DNA of 64,000 nucleotides. Source: Octopus vulgaris (lineage: Eukaryota). The notes beneath the pieces were generated by a model that saw nothing but the letters and a program-made list of their open reading frames with translations, ran no database searches and was not told the DNA's origin. Every line of letters begins with the position of its first letter. The stretch's first letter is position 1. The position numbers and the translations under genes were made by a program. The DNA is taken from contig OX597825.1 of assembly GCA_951406725.2 (NCBI GenBank), positions 15,562,001 to 15,626,000 on the forward strand, written 5' to 3'. Shown piece by piece: positions 39,638 through 55,962 of the stretch.

Positions 39638-40173
39638 CCCATGTGGGATAGGTATGGGAGGAAGCAGAAGAAAAGGTGAATGGCCCAGTAGTTAGGGCAG
39701 CGGACTCCCGGTCATAGGATCGCGGTTTCGATTCCCACGCCGGGCGTTGTGAGTGGCAAAAAATTAGTTATACCTGTGTACACGTGTGTGTATGCAGGAA
39801 TATATATATATATATATATATGTTTGTGTCTATGTGTTCGTGTGTGTGTGTGTGTATTTATTTATTTATTTGTGTATGTGTGTATAGCTTTACCCTTCTT
39901 TTTCACTCTCTCTCTCTTTTCATTTCTTCACTGTCTCTCCCGTCCCCTTTCTCTTCCTTATTTCTCATTTCCCTTTTTCAACATCCTCTTTCTTTTTACC
40001 CTATTTCCCTCCCCACTCTCTTCTATTTGCTCTGTCACTCACCTGTTAAAACCTGATGAACAAATATTTTCCCTCTTGTTTCGTCCACCCGCATCTTTTT
40101 CTAAGTTCAAGCATTCGCTCTTTCTTACTCCATCACACTCTCTATCACACTCCCTCTCTATTTCTCTCTCTCT

Positions 40174-40212
<39 letters not shown>

Positions 40213-41242
40213 ATGCACGCATGCACACAGTTCATTCTTTTGGGTTCTTTCTATTCAAATTCCTGATTTTATCACACAAATAAATAAGCACATTTTTCTC
40301 TCTCCCTTCTCTTTTTCTCTTTTCCTCCCATCTATCTATGTATACACCCACATACACACACATACGCACACATATATACACACAGACACACACACACAGG
40401 CATATACATATATATATAAATATATATATATATTTCTCAGTCTTTCTCTTTCTGTGTCTTTTTCAGACAAAGATTCTTTGGTGCTTATATGAACTTTTTA
40501 CCTGTCTTAGAAAATAATAAGACGAAGCATATGTGTAGTTGATCGACCTGCCACGAACTATAAATATGGCCCCTTTAAGGGATCTGTCCATCATACCATT
40601 TGTATTAGGTACAACTACAGCTTGGAATCATACACAATAGCGTCAGCAAATATACTGACGTGTTAGCTATAAGGAAAGACATGTTCCGAAAATAGTAATA
40701 TTAACGTTTGTAAATATTGTTAGAAGAATCTCACAAAGCATATGTTAACACAAAATAACGATGTGCATGATTTTGAAAGGAAGGCAGGAACTTCGTGATA
40801 TATCTCTGAAATAATCAATAGTAGGCGCGAGCGGAGGTATGTGCTTAAAGGTAGGAAGAGATCGATTGGAAATCGTGTGGTTTTGAGATCGAACATACTA
40901 CCCGCTTCTATAGCGAGTGATTTCGATTATGATTTCTAGCTGATTGGTGCAATATCAGATTTGGAGATTTGGTGATTTTTGTGGATGGAAGCTACGCTGT
41001 GGCCCTTGGTGTACACACTCACACATACACACAACGAAAGCGCTCGCACACTAGAAACAAAACGGTTAATAACATCTTCCTAAAAGATTTCATAACATTT
41101 TTTTTAGTTATTTATTTTTTAACATTTTTTTAAAAATCACCTTTACACTTCAAAAACTGTATTAAGTAAACCTCATAGATTTTCAATATATATATATATA
41201 TGTATGTGTGTGTGTATATGTATATATGTATATGCATATATG

Positions 41243-41298
<56 letters not shown>

Positions 41299-41311
41299 CA
41301 CAAATATATAC

Positions 41312-41342
<31 letters not shown>

Positions 41343-41357
41343 CACACAAATATATAC

Positions 41358-41424
<67 letters not shown>

Positions 41425-41426
<2 letters not shown>

Positions 41427-41588
41427 ATGGGCTTCTTTCAGTTTCTGTCTACCAGATCCACTCACAAGGCTTCGTCGGTCAGATGCAATAGCAAGAAGAC
41501 ACTTGCCGAAGTTTCCACGCAGTGGGACTGAACCCAGATACATGTGGTGGGGAAGCAAGCTTTTTACTACACAGCCACGCCTGCACCT
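41425..41588 (-). mobile_element. SINE family A 5' half
   Basis: Reverse complement of the family A head. Confidence 0.85.
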
Positions 41589-41609
41589 ATATACTTATCT
41601 ATAGTACAT

Positions 41610-41724
<115 letters not shown>

Positions 41725-42084
41725 TTAGAGTGGAAAATGGAATTAACACATTAAAATAAAAATTATGCTTTAAAATAAGTTGTCGATATAAAGACAATGC
41801 GCATGCGTGATTGCATTCAGATAACTAAAGCGGTAGGCGTTCTGTTAGATTTTTCTTTGCCCCGAATAACTATGATTATTTCAATCTGACATGTAATGAA
41901 TTTACCCTTACTATGCTCATTTGCACAGATGACAGACTTCTCACCAAAAACGTCCTCCATTCCGGAACATAAACATAACTCACGTCACTGCTACAAAATA
42001 CAAACATCCAAATAACAGATAATTTCAGACGACATTTTCTACAAAATAACAAACGTATCACTGAAGTAATAATAAAAGATTGAT

Positions 42085-42600
42085 GAACAAGTTATGTTCC
42101 ATGGAGTGTCACATTAAAAGAAAACGCTTCCTCTTCACTTGAGCTGTAACTCTCATCGTAGATGTTATTGTGTTTTCCATAGCTCTCTATGAGCTTCTTT
42201 TCGATTTTTAGCCTCCTTGCCAGGCTCCCCTAACATCCATCTATAACCAATTCTAAGAATTGAATTGCCTGGTTCTATTGTAAGTATGAACTTTCTGGTG
42301 ATTTACAGCTCGTTGTTGAAGCAGTTGCTGTGGACGATTCTCACAGCTTCCTCTGGATTAATAAGGAGAGGAGTAAATTTAACTTTGGTCCTAGTACAAA
42401 GTACAGCACAATTCATTTTGACGACTGTAAACTTGCTCACGGAGCTCCCATGGAACCATCAACCTTCATAATTTGTTCTTACTGCTTTTCTTCTTTTAGA
42501 TTTTCTGAAAAATTCCTTAAACAGCTTTACTGGGAACTGGGTGTTCTGCCATCGACGGTAAGGTTTTAGATCTTCCCGTCAGTATTATCTACGAAACACT
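42085..42600 (-). pseudogene. Possible highly decayed CR1-group LINE RT C-terminus
   Basis: Only weak motif traces near 42095-42135; no sustained frame. Confidence 0.3.
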
Positions 42601-44039
42601 GGCATTGTTTGTGAGTTTGTAGGGTCATGAAGATTTGTATGTTCATGATGAGCCAACCCGAACACATTGCCGGAATTTACATCTGCACTGGCCACTTGCT
42701 AAGCAAACTTGGGCTACTTCCCTTTATTAGCGCACCTCTGTGGCGGTTTATGACAGGTTGGCTTTTATCTAGTGGATAATCAGTATAAATTATGTGCAAG
42801 AGTTCATAATTAAGGGGTAAAAATTGGTGAGTGTAAGTTGAGTCAGAACACTTACGATACTGATCAGTTCTGTCAGTTTCTTTCAAGTACCGGAATCTGT
42901 CGTCCTGAAAGGATCAATAAGTAGTTAAAGTATCGAATTGATAGAAACATGATCCCTCTTTCGACGGTTAATTTAATATAGCATTTGATAAACATATATC
43001 TTTAAGTACGCTCTGTTATTGACATGTTCCACAAAGTGGTAGATCATCTCTTAGAATATTAGTAAATATTAGTAAATTTCAATTGTTCTTCAACATTTGT
43101 TTGGTCTTCCATTTGTCGCTTGTTTTCTATCCGAAGCTCGGTGATAACCGTCTCGGTGATGTAGTCAACCTGGAATTTTTCATTGCCTTCCTATGACGTG
43201 ATAGTCACAGTGCTTTTCTTTAGCCCGACTTTTGAGAAACAGATGCAGTTGTAAGGGAGAATGTCTTTCCACAGTGTTCTCAGTCATAGATAACAAGGAG
43301 AGAGTCACATTGGTCTTATATCGCTTGATGGTGAGTATTTTTTACTACACTTTTGCTAACACCTCTTCTGATTGCCACACAAAGATAACTAGAAAGCTTT
43401 CATTTTGAGGATGCTCAAATTGGGAATTTTCTACATTGACAAATTTTTATATATAGTTTCAATCCCGACAAAATTTTGCTAGACTACTTGTTCTGGTATA
43501 AACTATTTCACGTACAATTTCTTCGTTAACTAACAACGTAGACAGACACTACCAATTTCAAAAATTGTTCCGTTTACACTTTTGATCGGGATGTGTATGA
43601 AATTCGTTGCTCATGATATCGGTGTTGATGGTGGTAATGTTGCTAACAATATCGTCCACATTTTCTGTTTCATTGCTAATAAATTTCCTACAATATTGTC
43701 TTTATTGAACTGTTCCCATTTGCACATTTAATATTGTTAATTTTATTGTTTTTTTACTTCTGTAAATTGTATTCTGTCAGTTTTGAATTGGGAGAATGTT
43801 CCCGTTTATTGCTGTTGTGGAAGCCATTTTTCTACGGGTCTGTTAGCTTCCGAAAAATATGTTTTAATAAACGGACCTTGAAGCATTCCTCGTGTAAGGG
43901 GGAAACGCGCTTCTGGGTTTTCCTATAGAGTTGCTTTATAAAAATGTCGAAAGGAATAACTTTCCACGTGTCTTGTCAGGTAAGGGAACTCTGACAATAG
44001 CAACATATAACAAAAATAGCAACAAAAAAATAAATATTG

Positions 44040-44482
44040 ATTTCAAGTTTTGAAAGAAGGCCAGTAATTCTGAGTGGAGCAGCAAGTCGATTTATATCGA
44101 CTCCAGTACATGACTGGTATTTTATTTGACCAACCGCAAGAAGAGGAAAAGCAAGGTAGGCATCCGTGGCATTTGAGCTCAGAACGAGAAGAGTCGGAAT
44201 AAAAGCCGCTAAGCATTTTCTCTGACATGCTAACGGTTCTGCCAGCACTATACCTAAAAATAATAATAATATATTCTGTTATAGGCGCAAGACCAGAAAT
44301 TTTGGGGGAAGGAACCAGTCAATTATATCATCTTCCGTACACAACTGGTACTTAATTTATCGACCTCGAAAGGATGAAAGGCAAAGTCGACCGCGGTAGA
44401 ATTTGAACTCAGAATGTAGCAACGGGTGAAATACCGCCATGCGTTTTGCCCGGCGTCCTAACGACTCTGTCAGCTCGCTGCC
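44040..44482 (-). mobile_element. Two adjacent older SINE family B-like copies
   Basis: CTGGTACTTAATTTATCGACCTCGAAAGGATGAAAGGCAAAGTCGAC core at ~44345-44390 and a more diverged copy at 44040-44245. Confidence 0.8.
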
Positions 44483-44506
44483 TTAGCCTAATAATAATAA
44501 TAATAC

Positions 44507-44593
<87 letters not shown>

Positions 44594-44609
44594 TAATAAT
44601 AATAATAAT

Positions 44610-45999
<1,390 letters not shown>

Positions 46000-46049
46000 G
46001 CTTCAAATTTTGCCACAAGGGCCACCAATAACGGTCATACTGATTGCAT

Positions 46050-46402
46050 TTATTTGCCACAAGAGCGAAGGATGAGGGGGACACTACAGAGACAGACATA
46101 AAGTGTTGGGGTTGATATATAATATTGAAAAGATAAAAAAAAAGAATACAATATACACGGTATATACTGAAAAAGAAGGAACATATGCATAGCATAGAAA
46201 AGTAAAACATAGGGGTGGATGACAGAGATATGGCCCTCATAAAAGAGGAACGCCTCTAGGGATAATCGAGGAACCCCATTGCCCGAGATTTCCCTGAAAC
46301 TCTAGGAGCAAGTGCCCTCTCTAATTCCTTCTCTTCGACTCACAGGTCTGTACTTTGAGAGGTATCATCTACTCTTGACATTTTCGCAACTTTCACCCAC
46401 GT
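46050..46402 (-). mobile_element. 3' end of a second Tx1-like LINE subfamily
   Basis: Minus strand WVKVAKMSRVDDTSQSTDL* parallels WVNVAKMVRASDETTLNMLL* of the 56277-56936 ORF; similar 3' tail. Confidence 0.7.
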
Positions 46403-46573
46403 ACCTGGTGGCCAGAAGAATTTTTGCTTGCTGTGTTTTTTTTTTTAACTGCAGACTGTTTTCTTTCCTTCTCCTAACTTTTGTGTGACTGTCTTTTTTC
46501 CATCCTTCTCTTTTGATTTTTAAAAAAAAATTTTATCTTGAATTGTTTTTAGACTTTTTATTAGAAAAAAAAC

Positions 46574-47000
46574 ATGGCAAAAAAACAAGGATAATGTTTT
46601 GGAGTGGGAAGTTGTCTGTTGTCCCACACAAACAGTGGTTGAAAGACTATGAAGAGAGGACGGTGGTTTTGAGGACTTACTCCAAGTCGCTAGACACCCT
46701 ATTTCAAAAGTCTGTTATTGAAAAGGAGTTGGCAGGGTATCTGACAACTATTATCATCTCCAGGGGAATCAAATATGCAACGATGTTGTTGCTATTTGAC
46801 ACCCTAAGGAGGCTCGCAAATTTGCGAGCCAGCCCTTAGAACTCAAAGAGATTTTGTTTCTTCCCACATATTGTGGGAAGAAGTTGACAAGAGCCTGAGT
46901 CTGCAAGTTGCTGCTCAGGATAGAACCCGATTGGATAGAGGAGACTATCCGCCGGGGTCTGGGTGGCAGTGGGAGCCAAGCTCCACAATGTGAAAATTGA
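46574..47000 (+). pseudogene. Probable LINE ORF1 N-terminal remnant (Tx1-like by inference)
   Basis: Coding-like composition over two frames (MAK..EERTVVLRTYSK..RGIKYATMLLLF / KEARKFASQPL..LPTYCGKK) after a T-rich 5' UTR-like tract. Confidence 0.45.
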
Positions 47001-47650
47001 GCAAAATTCAAAACACTATTATCACCACTAAACTATACAATCAGCTCTAAGCTATACTTAGCTACATTGCCGCCTTCCCATAATGCCAGTTATCACTAAA
47101 TTTTATTTCTACCATTAAATTACACTATCATACTCTGAACATTAAACTACTTAATCAAAACATTACACTGTCAATCTGGGTTACAATTTCACCAAAAAGC
47201 TGCACTGTTTTCCCTAATCTATGCAGTAATCAGTAACTGTCTTCTGAACAGAAAGCAACATTTTTGTCTCATTAAATAACCACCGCTTCCCCTAAACTAT
47301 ACTTTAATCAACAAAGTACACACTACCAGCAATAAAGTGCATTGTAATCGGTAAATCACAATTCTGCCATTAAACTACAATGTCATGTATATATTTTATC
47401 AGTATACTATTTAATCTCTGCTCCATATACTTTCATTCTCAGCTTTTGGATATGCAACTTTGTTGAGATAATTTTTTATGAACAAGCCACAATATTTTGT
47501 TTGACACTGGAAGCCTTCTGTTCTTTTTTGTAAATCTGCCATGGATGTTTATTTATTCACCAGATGTACCACCAGTGGCCCATAGCTTAACTTCACGCAA
47601 CAGTCAATTTTTAAGTCTTCTTCTCAGCACCATTGTTATTTTTGTAGCGA

Positions 47651-47887
47651 GGGCGGCGAGCTGGCATAATCGTTAGCACGCCGGACGAAATGCTTAGCAG
47701 TATTTCGTCTGCTGCTGCGTTCTGAGTTCAAATTCCGCCGAGGTCGACTTTGGCTTTCATCCTTTTGGGCTCGATTAAATAAGTACCAGTTACGCACTGT
47801 GGTCGATATAATCGACTTAATCCGTTTGTCTGTCCTTGTTTGTCCTCTCTGTGTTTAGCCTCTTGTGGGTAGTAAAGAAATAGGTAT
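47651..47887 (+). mobile_element. SINE family B, young copy
   Basis: Near-consensus head, Deu/Nin-like core and tail. Confidence 0.93.
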
Positions 47888-48395
47888 TTTTGTACGGTCA
47901 TGAGGATTTGTATTTTCATGATGAATACAGCCGACCAAATTGCAGAAATTTACGTCTGCACTGGCCACTTTCTAAACAAGACAAAGCTAGGCTGCTTCCT
48001 TTCATTTTCGGCTTTTATATATTTAATCTCTGCACCATATACTTTGATTCTCAACTTTTAGATATGCAACTCTGTTAAAGATAATTTTTTTTTATGAACA
48101 TGCCACAATATTGTGCTTGATACTGGAAGCATTCTGTTCTTTCTAGTAAATTTGTTATGAATATTGAACAAATTAACTGACACATGCACCACCGGTAGTT
48201 CATTGCTTAACTTCACACAAAAGCCAGTAACAGGCCGTGGCAGTTAATGTGTTAATAATAATAATAACATACGGGAGCATTTGTATTGGATCAATAGTTA
48301 ATATAATTATAACCACCTTTGTACTAAGCCTAACCTAAAAGTTGGTTGAGATAAACACGCAGAGGAAATTTGTATCTATCCCAACGCAACGTTAA

Positions 48396-49465
48396 ATGCA
48401 CACGATCAGTTTTGGATGCTATTACCAGCGTGGTGATATCTCTTATAAACCCTGAATTATAATTTTAATAATAATTGTTACCTTTGACGTTTTTATTCTC
48501 ATGCTAGCCACCTGATGAGATCGGTATTTAAATATCGATCTTACCTTATATATATACACCGTCCGATGCGGGAATCAAATCCATGATCTAGCGATCATAC
48601 GGGCAACACTTTAACCACCATGCCACGCGCGTTCACGTAGCTGAAGAGAAATATAAATTATTTTATTAGTTTGTCAGATAAATTCGTTCGTTATTGGGTA
48701 GGGGGATCATATTTAACACACTGTTGTTATATATATATGAAAAGAGGTAAAACTTATGCAAATTACAACAACGATATATCAAAGTTCTGCAGGAAAATAG
48801 GGTTACAAAAAGTTCACGAAGCACGACGAAAAAACTATATTTTGTGGTAATTCAAATAGCATTGCAAAGTATTAAAATAACAGGAAAAGAGCGAACGAAG
48901 TTATCTGGCAACCCAAAATATCCATGTGAAGTTCAGTAGCTTTAACTAATCATATTCGGACCATCGGTGACTATACATACTTAAGAACCACTCCTGCAGG
49001 TATCCTAGCTATTTGCTTTGAGAATCTTCAGAGATTAAGAGACGAAAAACTTATTTGATATGCAACATCGTTCTAACCAACGATGGCGTGTCAACACCTT
49101 CGTTGGACCATCTAGAAAGAGCGGTAAAATATTTCTCAAATCATGCGCTATCAATTGAAATCAATTATTATATTCCATGATGTGACTTTGTATATATTTT
49201 GTCAAAAAAAGGCCATTCAGATCTTAAGCGCATTTAAGCATAGCGATGGTAAATGAGGGCCAACTTGGGGGTTAAATATCTATGGTAACAAGCCAGATGT
49301 TAACCAACACAACATTTGGAAATTATTGTAGTGCTACCAACATTAAGATATGTATAAATGATCCACGTGACTGTGCATTATGTAATCGCTTTGTGATGTT
49401 ATAATGAGCTGTTGTAAACAGTAATCATGCTGTAAAAGTAATAAGACTTTAAATAGTGTTTCGTG

Positions 49466-49510
<45 letters not shown>

Positions 49511-49656
49511 AGATCGATATTTAAATACCGATCTCATCAGGTGGCCAGCATGGCAATAAAAACGTTAAATGTAATAATTATTATCAAAATTATAATTTAG
49601 GGTATCTTAGAGATATCACCACGCTGGAAATAGCAGCCAAAACTGATCGTGTGCAT
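48396..49656. repeat. 152-bp inverted repeat pair ~960 bp apart
   Basis: 48396-48547 vs reverse complement of 49505-49656. Both inner ends abut (TA)n; each has CTGATGA followed by a hairpin. Confidence 0.88.
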
Positions 49657-49754
49657 ACGTGCATAAATATGTATGTATACGTTAGTTTGTATATATAAGT
49701 ATATCGTATATTGTATATATATATATATTTGTATTTATGTGCTATCCGAGTATA

Positions 49755-49811
49755 TTCCACTGATCAAGGCAGAGCATCTCTTATGCAGAGCCAGAAATCC
49801 GGGACCTGGAA
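49755..49811 (+). ncRNA. Degenerate hammerhead-like motif
   Basis: TTCCA-[CTGATCA]-A-GGC aga GCAT ctctt ATGC aga GCC-A-[GAAA]-TCCGGG-ACC-TGGAA. Stems I and II intact; G8 and the cleavage triplet are non-canonical. Confidence 0.5.
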
Positions 49812-50035
49812 CTACCAATAATTTTTTTTTGCTAGTTTATTTTATCCCTTTGTCTTCTGGTGCCAAGTTTTGGCTGCTATTTCCAGCGTGGTCGTATCTC
49901 TTAGATAACCTAAATTATAATATATATAGAGAGAGACGGGGGAAGAGAGAGGGAGAGAGAGGAAGACGGAGATAGAAGGAGATAGAGATAGAGCGAGAGA
50001 GAGATTATATATACACAAATATACATATATATATA

Positions 50036-50137
<102 letters not shown>

Positions 50138-51185
50138 TATTGATGTATATTGATATTAATATATAAATCGATAAACAAACTGAAGTGATGCTGGATAAAT
50201 ATCCTCGCAAGCTTTATAGCTAGATGGCTTCACTAGTGAAGTGATGTGTATATTTATCAATTTATCTATCTATTTATACTCAATTACGCATGCAGTGTGT
50301 GCAATATGCCAAATTATTTTGTTTCAATATCATCTTTGAAAATCGAATATCTTTAGATTTGGGTGCAGTTCGCCATTAATAAATGTTTGTTTATAGGTGT
50401 GTATGTGTGTGTGAAAGTACCTTTGTGAGTTTGTAAATGTGTGTGCACATGCGCGTAGAATGGTAGGATTCTCTGATGTTACCATAAACTGAGCAATATG
50501 CAAACGATTGAAGTCAAAAGGATTAATCACCAGCAAGTCTGTTTCAGAGCTCTATCCACAAAACTATGATTTTTCAAAGAGAAGCACAGGGTGTATAGCT
50601 AGAAAATGGTTCTTATGTCTTTTAACATCTGTATAAAAGACTGACTAAGCGCCATATAATACAGTTCCAAGGAAATGAAGGAAGAAATTTCTATACATAG
50701 AGCAAATATTTATAAGTAAATCTTCACAAGTCTTGATCTAATGTAGAAGGCAATATCTTCTAACACACACGACTCAGTCGTTGAAAGACCCGCTGAAGTT
50801 ATTGATGTCTTTGATAAGATTTGAACTGCAACAAATGTTCCTGATAGAATGAAACATTTCAATTTGATTTAACTTCAAATAACCTTTTATTGCGTCAGTC
50901 ATATAAATTCTATTAAACACCATATATAAAAATACATACATATAAATATATGAGCATATGTGTATGTGTGAGTGTGTATACACATATATATATATACATG
51001 TATATATGCTGATACATATTTCTGTACATGTATGTATAAATGCATATACATATATACACACACATACACGCAAAAACGAACACACACACACACACCCAAA
51101 CACACGCACACACACACACATATATATATGCATGCATTTTAGTGTATGATGTATACATGTGTGCGGGTTGCAATCTATTATGCAA

Positions 51186-51296
<111 letters not shown>

Positions 51297-51327
51297 TACG
51301 TATACATATACTTTTCAGTTTATATAT

Positions 51328-51362
<35 letters not shown>

Positions 51363-51564
51363 CACGATTATATACATAATAGATTACTATATTCACATAT
51401 ATACGGATGCCAGTGTCTGTGAGTGTGTGAGTGTGCATGTGTTTTTGTATGTATGCGCATGTGTAAACAATTGCGTATTCACGTGCACAGAGCAAGCAAC
51501 GATTTTATATGAGGTACGATAACTTAGGGCAATGTTTTTGTGATGTATAAGTGAAAGAGGAATA

Positions 51565-53070
<1,506 letters not shown>

Positions 53071-53247
53071 GGAAAAGGAGAGTAAGTAAATGAGAGTGAG
53101 AGATAAAAGATGAAAGAAAACTTGCTTATGATTCAATGATTTAAATTTAGCGCAAAGAATGGTAAAGTCAGCGGGGAGGCATTTGGGTATTGCTTATATC
53201 TGCGTGTGTGTATAAATATGTATGTATGTATATTTACACACACACAT

Positions 53248-53288
<41 letters not shown>

Positions 53289-53753
53289 TATAGGTATGTA
53301 TATATATACATATATATATATACACATATATGTTTATTTTTACATATATATATATATACACATATATAGAGAGAAAAGGAGGGAGAAACGGCAGTAGGAA
53401 ATGTGTAATGGTAGGAGGAGAATGAGGACAAGGACGAGAGGAGGAGTAGCCATTGTAGTAGATACGGATAGAAAATTACAGATGGCGACAGAAATATTGG
53501 GCGATTAAGTAAGCATAACAAAGCGATAACGAGGGAGAGAAAGAAAGAGAGAAAAGGAAAACGAAAGAGAAAGAGGGCGTATGTGAAAGATAGTGAGACA
53601 GATATACAGAATGAGAGAGAGGGAGGGAGAGAGGGAGAAACAGTGATTGAGTGATTGTAGGAAAATAAACAAACAAAAAATTTGGTTCAATTTCCCCTTC
53701 TCCCTTTTTTTCTCTCTACTTCTCTCTCGCTCTGTCTCCGTCTGTCTCCTTGA

Positions 53754-53795
<42 letters not shown>

Positions 53796-53796
53796 G

Positions 53797-53833
<37 letters not shown>

Positions 53834-54600
53834 TTCATATATATACACACACACACACATCATAGGCAACCTTGATCACTAAATATAAAGTTTGCGCTAG
53901 AACAATACATAATGCATTATTTAACTTGAGAGGATTTCTCATAATGCTTATCTCTCACGTGTTGCATAAAAGCGCCCGTAAATTTGTCGTTGACAAACGA
54001 GAAGCGTTCAGAACTACAAGATTACGGTATTTCGCCCTGCTGTGGTCTCGTCAGTGACAGATATCCAGCCACGACATAACAGCCATAATTCCCGACAGTG
54101 ATGTATAGAATGCCGGTGGCTATTCAGTCACAGGAGTCGCAAATAGCTAGTAGGCTTACTCAAAAATAATTAATAACGTGGAAGGCCGTATTAATACCAA
54201 TCGACGGCCTTGAACTCTAAATTAACGTGGATGTCGTGTTACTTACTTTTTGAAAGTATCTCTCATATGGACTCGTCTCGCATAAAATCACTCGCAATTA
54301 TATCGTTGATCGATGTGAACTGTCTGCTATGGCCCCCAAAACGGCCAGATCATATAATTCCGTCCTGCTACGGACTCCTTTGTGATAGATATATAGACTA
54401 ATTAATCATCTTTTAATAGGGCACTGGATATCTACGACACTATTATCTATATGATATACATATACTTATTATGTGTCCTTCTTTTACCGAGCGATTATGC
54501 TACGGGCGGTAAACACAAAAACACCTGTTGCAAGAGATGGGAGATAAACACACTCACAAAGATATATACGCACAAATACATACATACATACATACATACA

Positions 54601-54662
<62 letters not shown>

Positions 54663-54667
<5 letters not shown>

Positions 54668-55020
54668 TGTTGTATTTCGGGACGGTCCTTTTTTTCTTTT
54701 GCCAAATAGATACATGCACTATATGTTCGTTCGTCACTCGTTTATCAATGTTCTTATTCTAACTCATGTCCATTGTCTGGAAATCGTGTGTGCTCTTGAT
54801 CTCCTTATTCCATTCCGTTCTTCTGTGCTCTGAATAAGTAGAGCAAGAGTACACACGAAGACGGAAAGTGTCTCTGAAGAGGTCACACATGTGTGACGAA
54901 AGATTTCCAGGCAATAGACAGTAGTTAGAAAAAAATAGTAATAAACGCGTGAAGAACGAATATGTAGCGCGTGTGTAAATTTGGCAAAAACAAAAATGAC
55001 TGTCCCGAAAAACAATAATA
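54663..55020. mobile_element. Diverged inverted pair of a short element with hammerhead-like core
   Basis: ~54663-54786 vs reverse complement of ~54901-55020. 54869-54913: TGTCT-CTGAAGA-G-GTCACAC at GTGTGAC-GAAA-GATTTCC-AGGCA. Confidence 0.65.
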
Positions 55021-55291
55021 TCTGTTTCAACACACGACTTCACATCAGGTAGCTTGCAACACAAATTCATGTATAAGTATAGGTGTGTGTATATGTATAT
55101 AGATAGATAGACAGGCAGACAGACAGACATTTACACCATTACTTACCGCATAGCTTCTATCCACCAAATTCACTCGACACGGGCTATAGATGAAAACTAG
55201 GTGCTGTGAACTAGGACTGAACCTAAAAATAATATGCTTCCTAAGCGAGTTCTTTACCCACTCAACCATATACATATTCATATATATATAA

Positions 55292-55480
55292 AGGGAAAGT
55301 TTACGAAAATAAACAAAAGATGAAAGCAGGTGGAGTACTAACAAACAAATGTATTAGTATAGCGCTCAGGAATAGAAAACGTCTTTTACGTTTCGAACCT
55401 ACGCTCGTCGACAGAAAGATACGCGGAACAAAAAACAAGGAGAGAAAAAATGCGTGTAGGAGCTAACGATCTATCATGGC
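55292..55480 (-). mobile_element. HH-A family copy 4
   Basis: Minus strand 55383-55418: CTTT-CTGTCGA-C-GAGC gtag GTTC-GAAA-CG-TA-AAAG. Confidence 0.8.
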
Positions 55481-55607
<127 letters not shown>

Positions 55608-55874
55608 CATACATACATCAAGATTTCGTCAGCTGTAACAGCGCTCCTCAGATACTTTGTGACTTACGGCAATGTGGACGATCAACGCGTTTATTATTTT
55701 TATCGTCACTTCATGATATTCGAACACTAATGGAGTAATGGATTAAGAAGCAATATTGTTCCAAACTAAATACGTGGAACTGATAAGATTAAATGGAGAT
55801 CCTTGGTATAAAAGTACATACTTGAATGAAATATACTTGTGTAATTATTGATAGGTACATAGGTATATAGATAC

Positions 55875-55960
<86 letters not shown>

Positions 55961-55962
<2 letters not shown>

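Noticed and set aside
43877-43912. TTGAAG..TTCCT/AGGGG-GAAACGCG hammerhead-like trace
   Set aside because: Too many core mismatches and no clear stem I.
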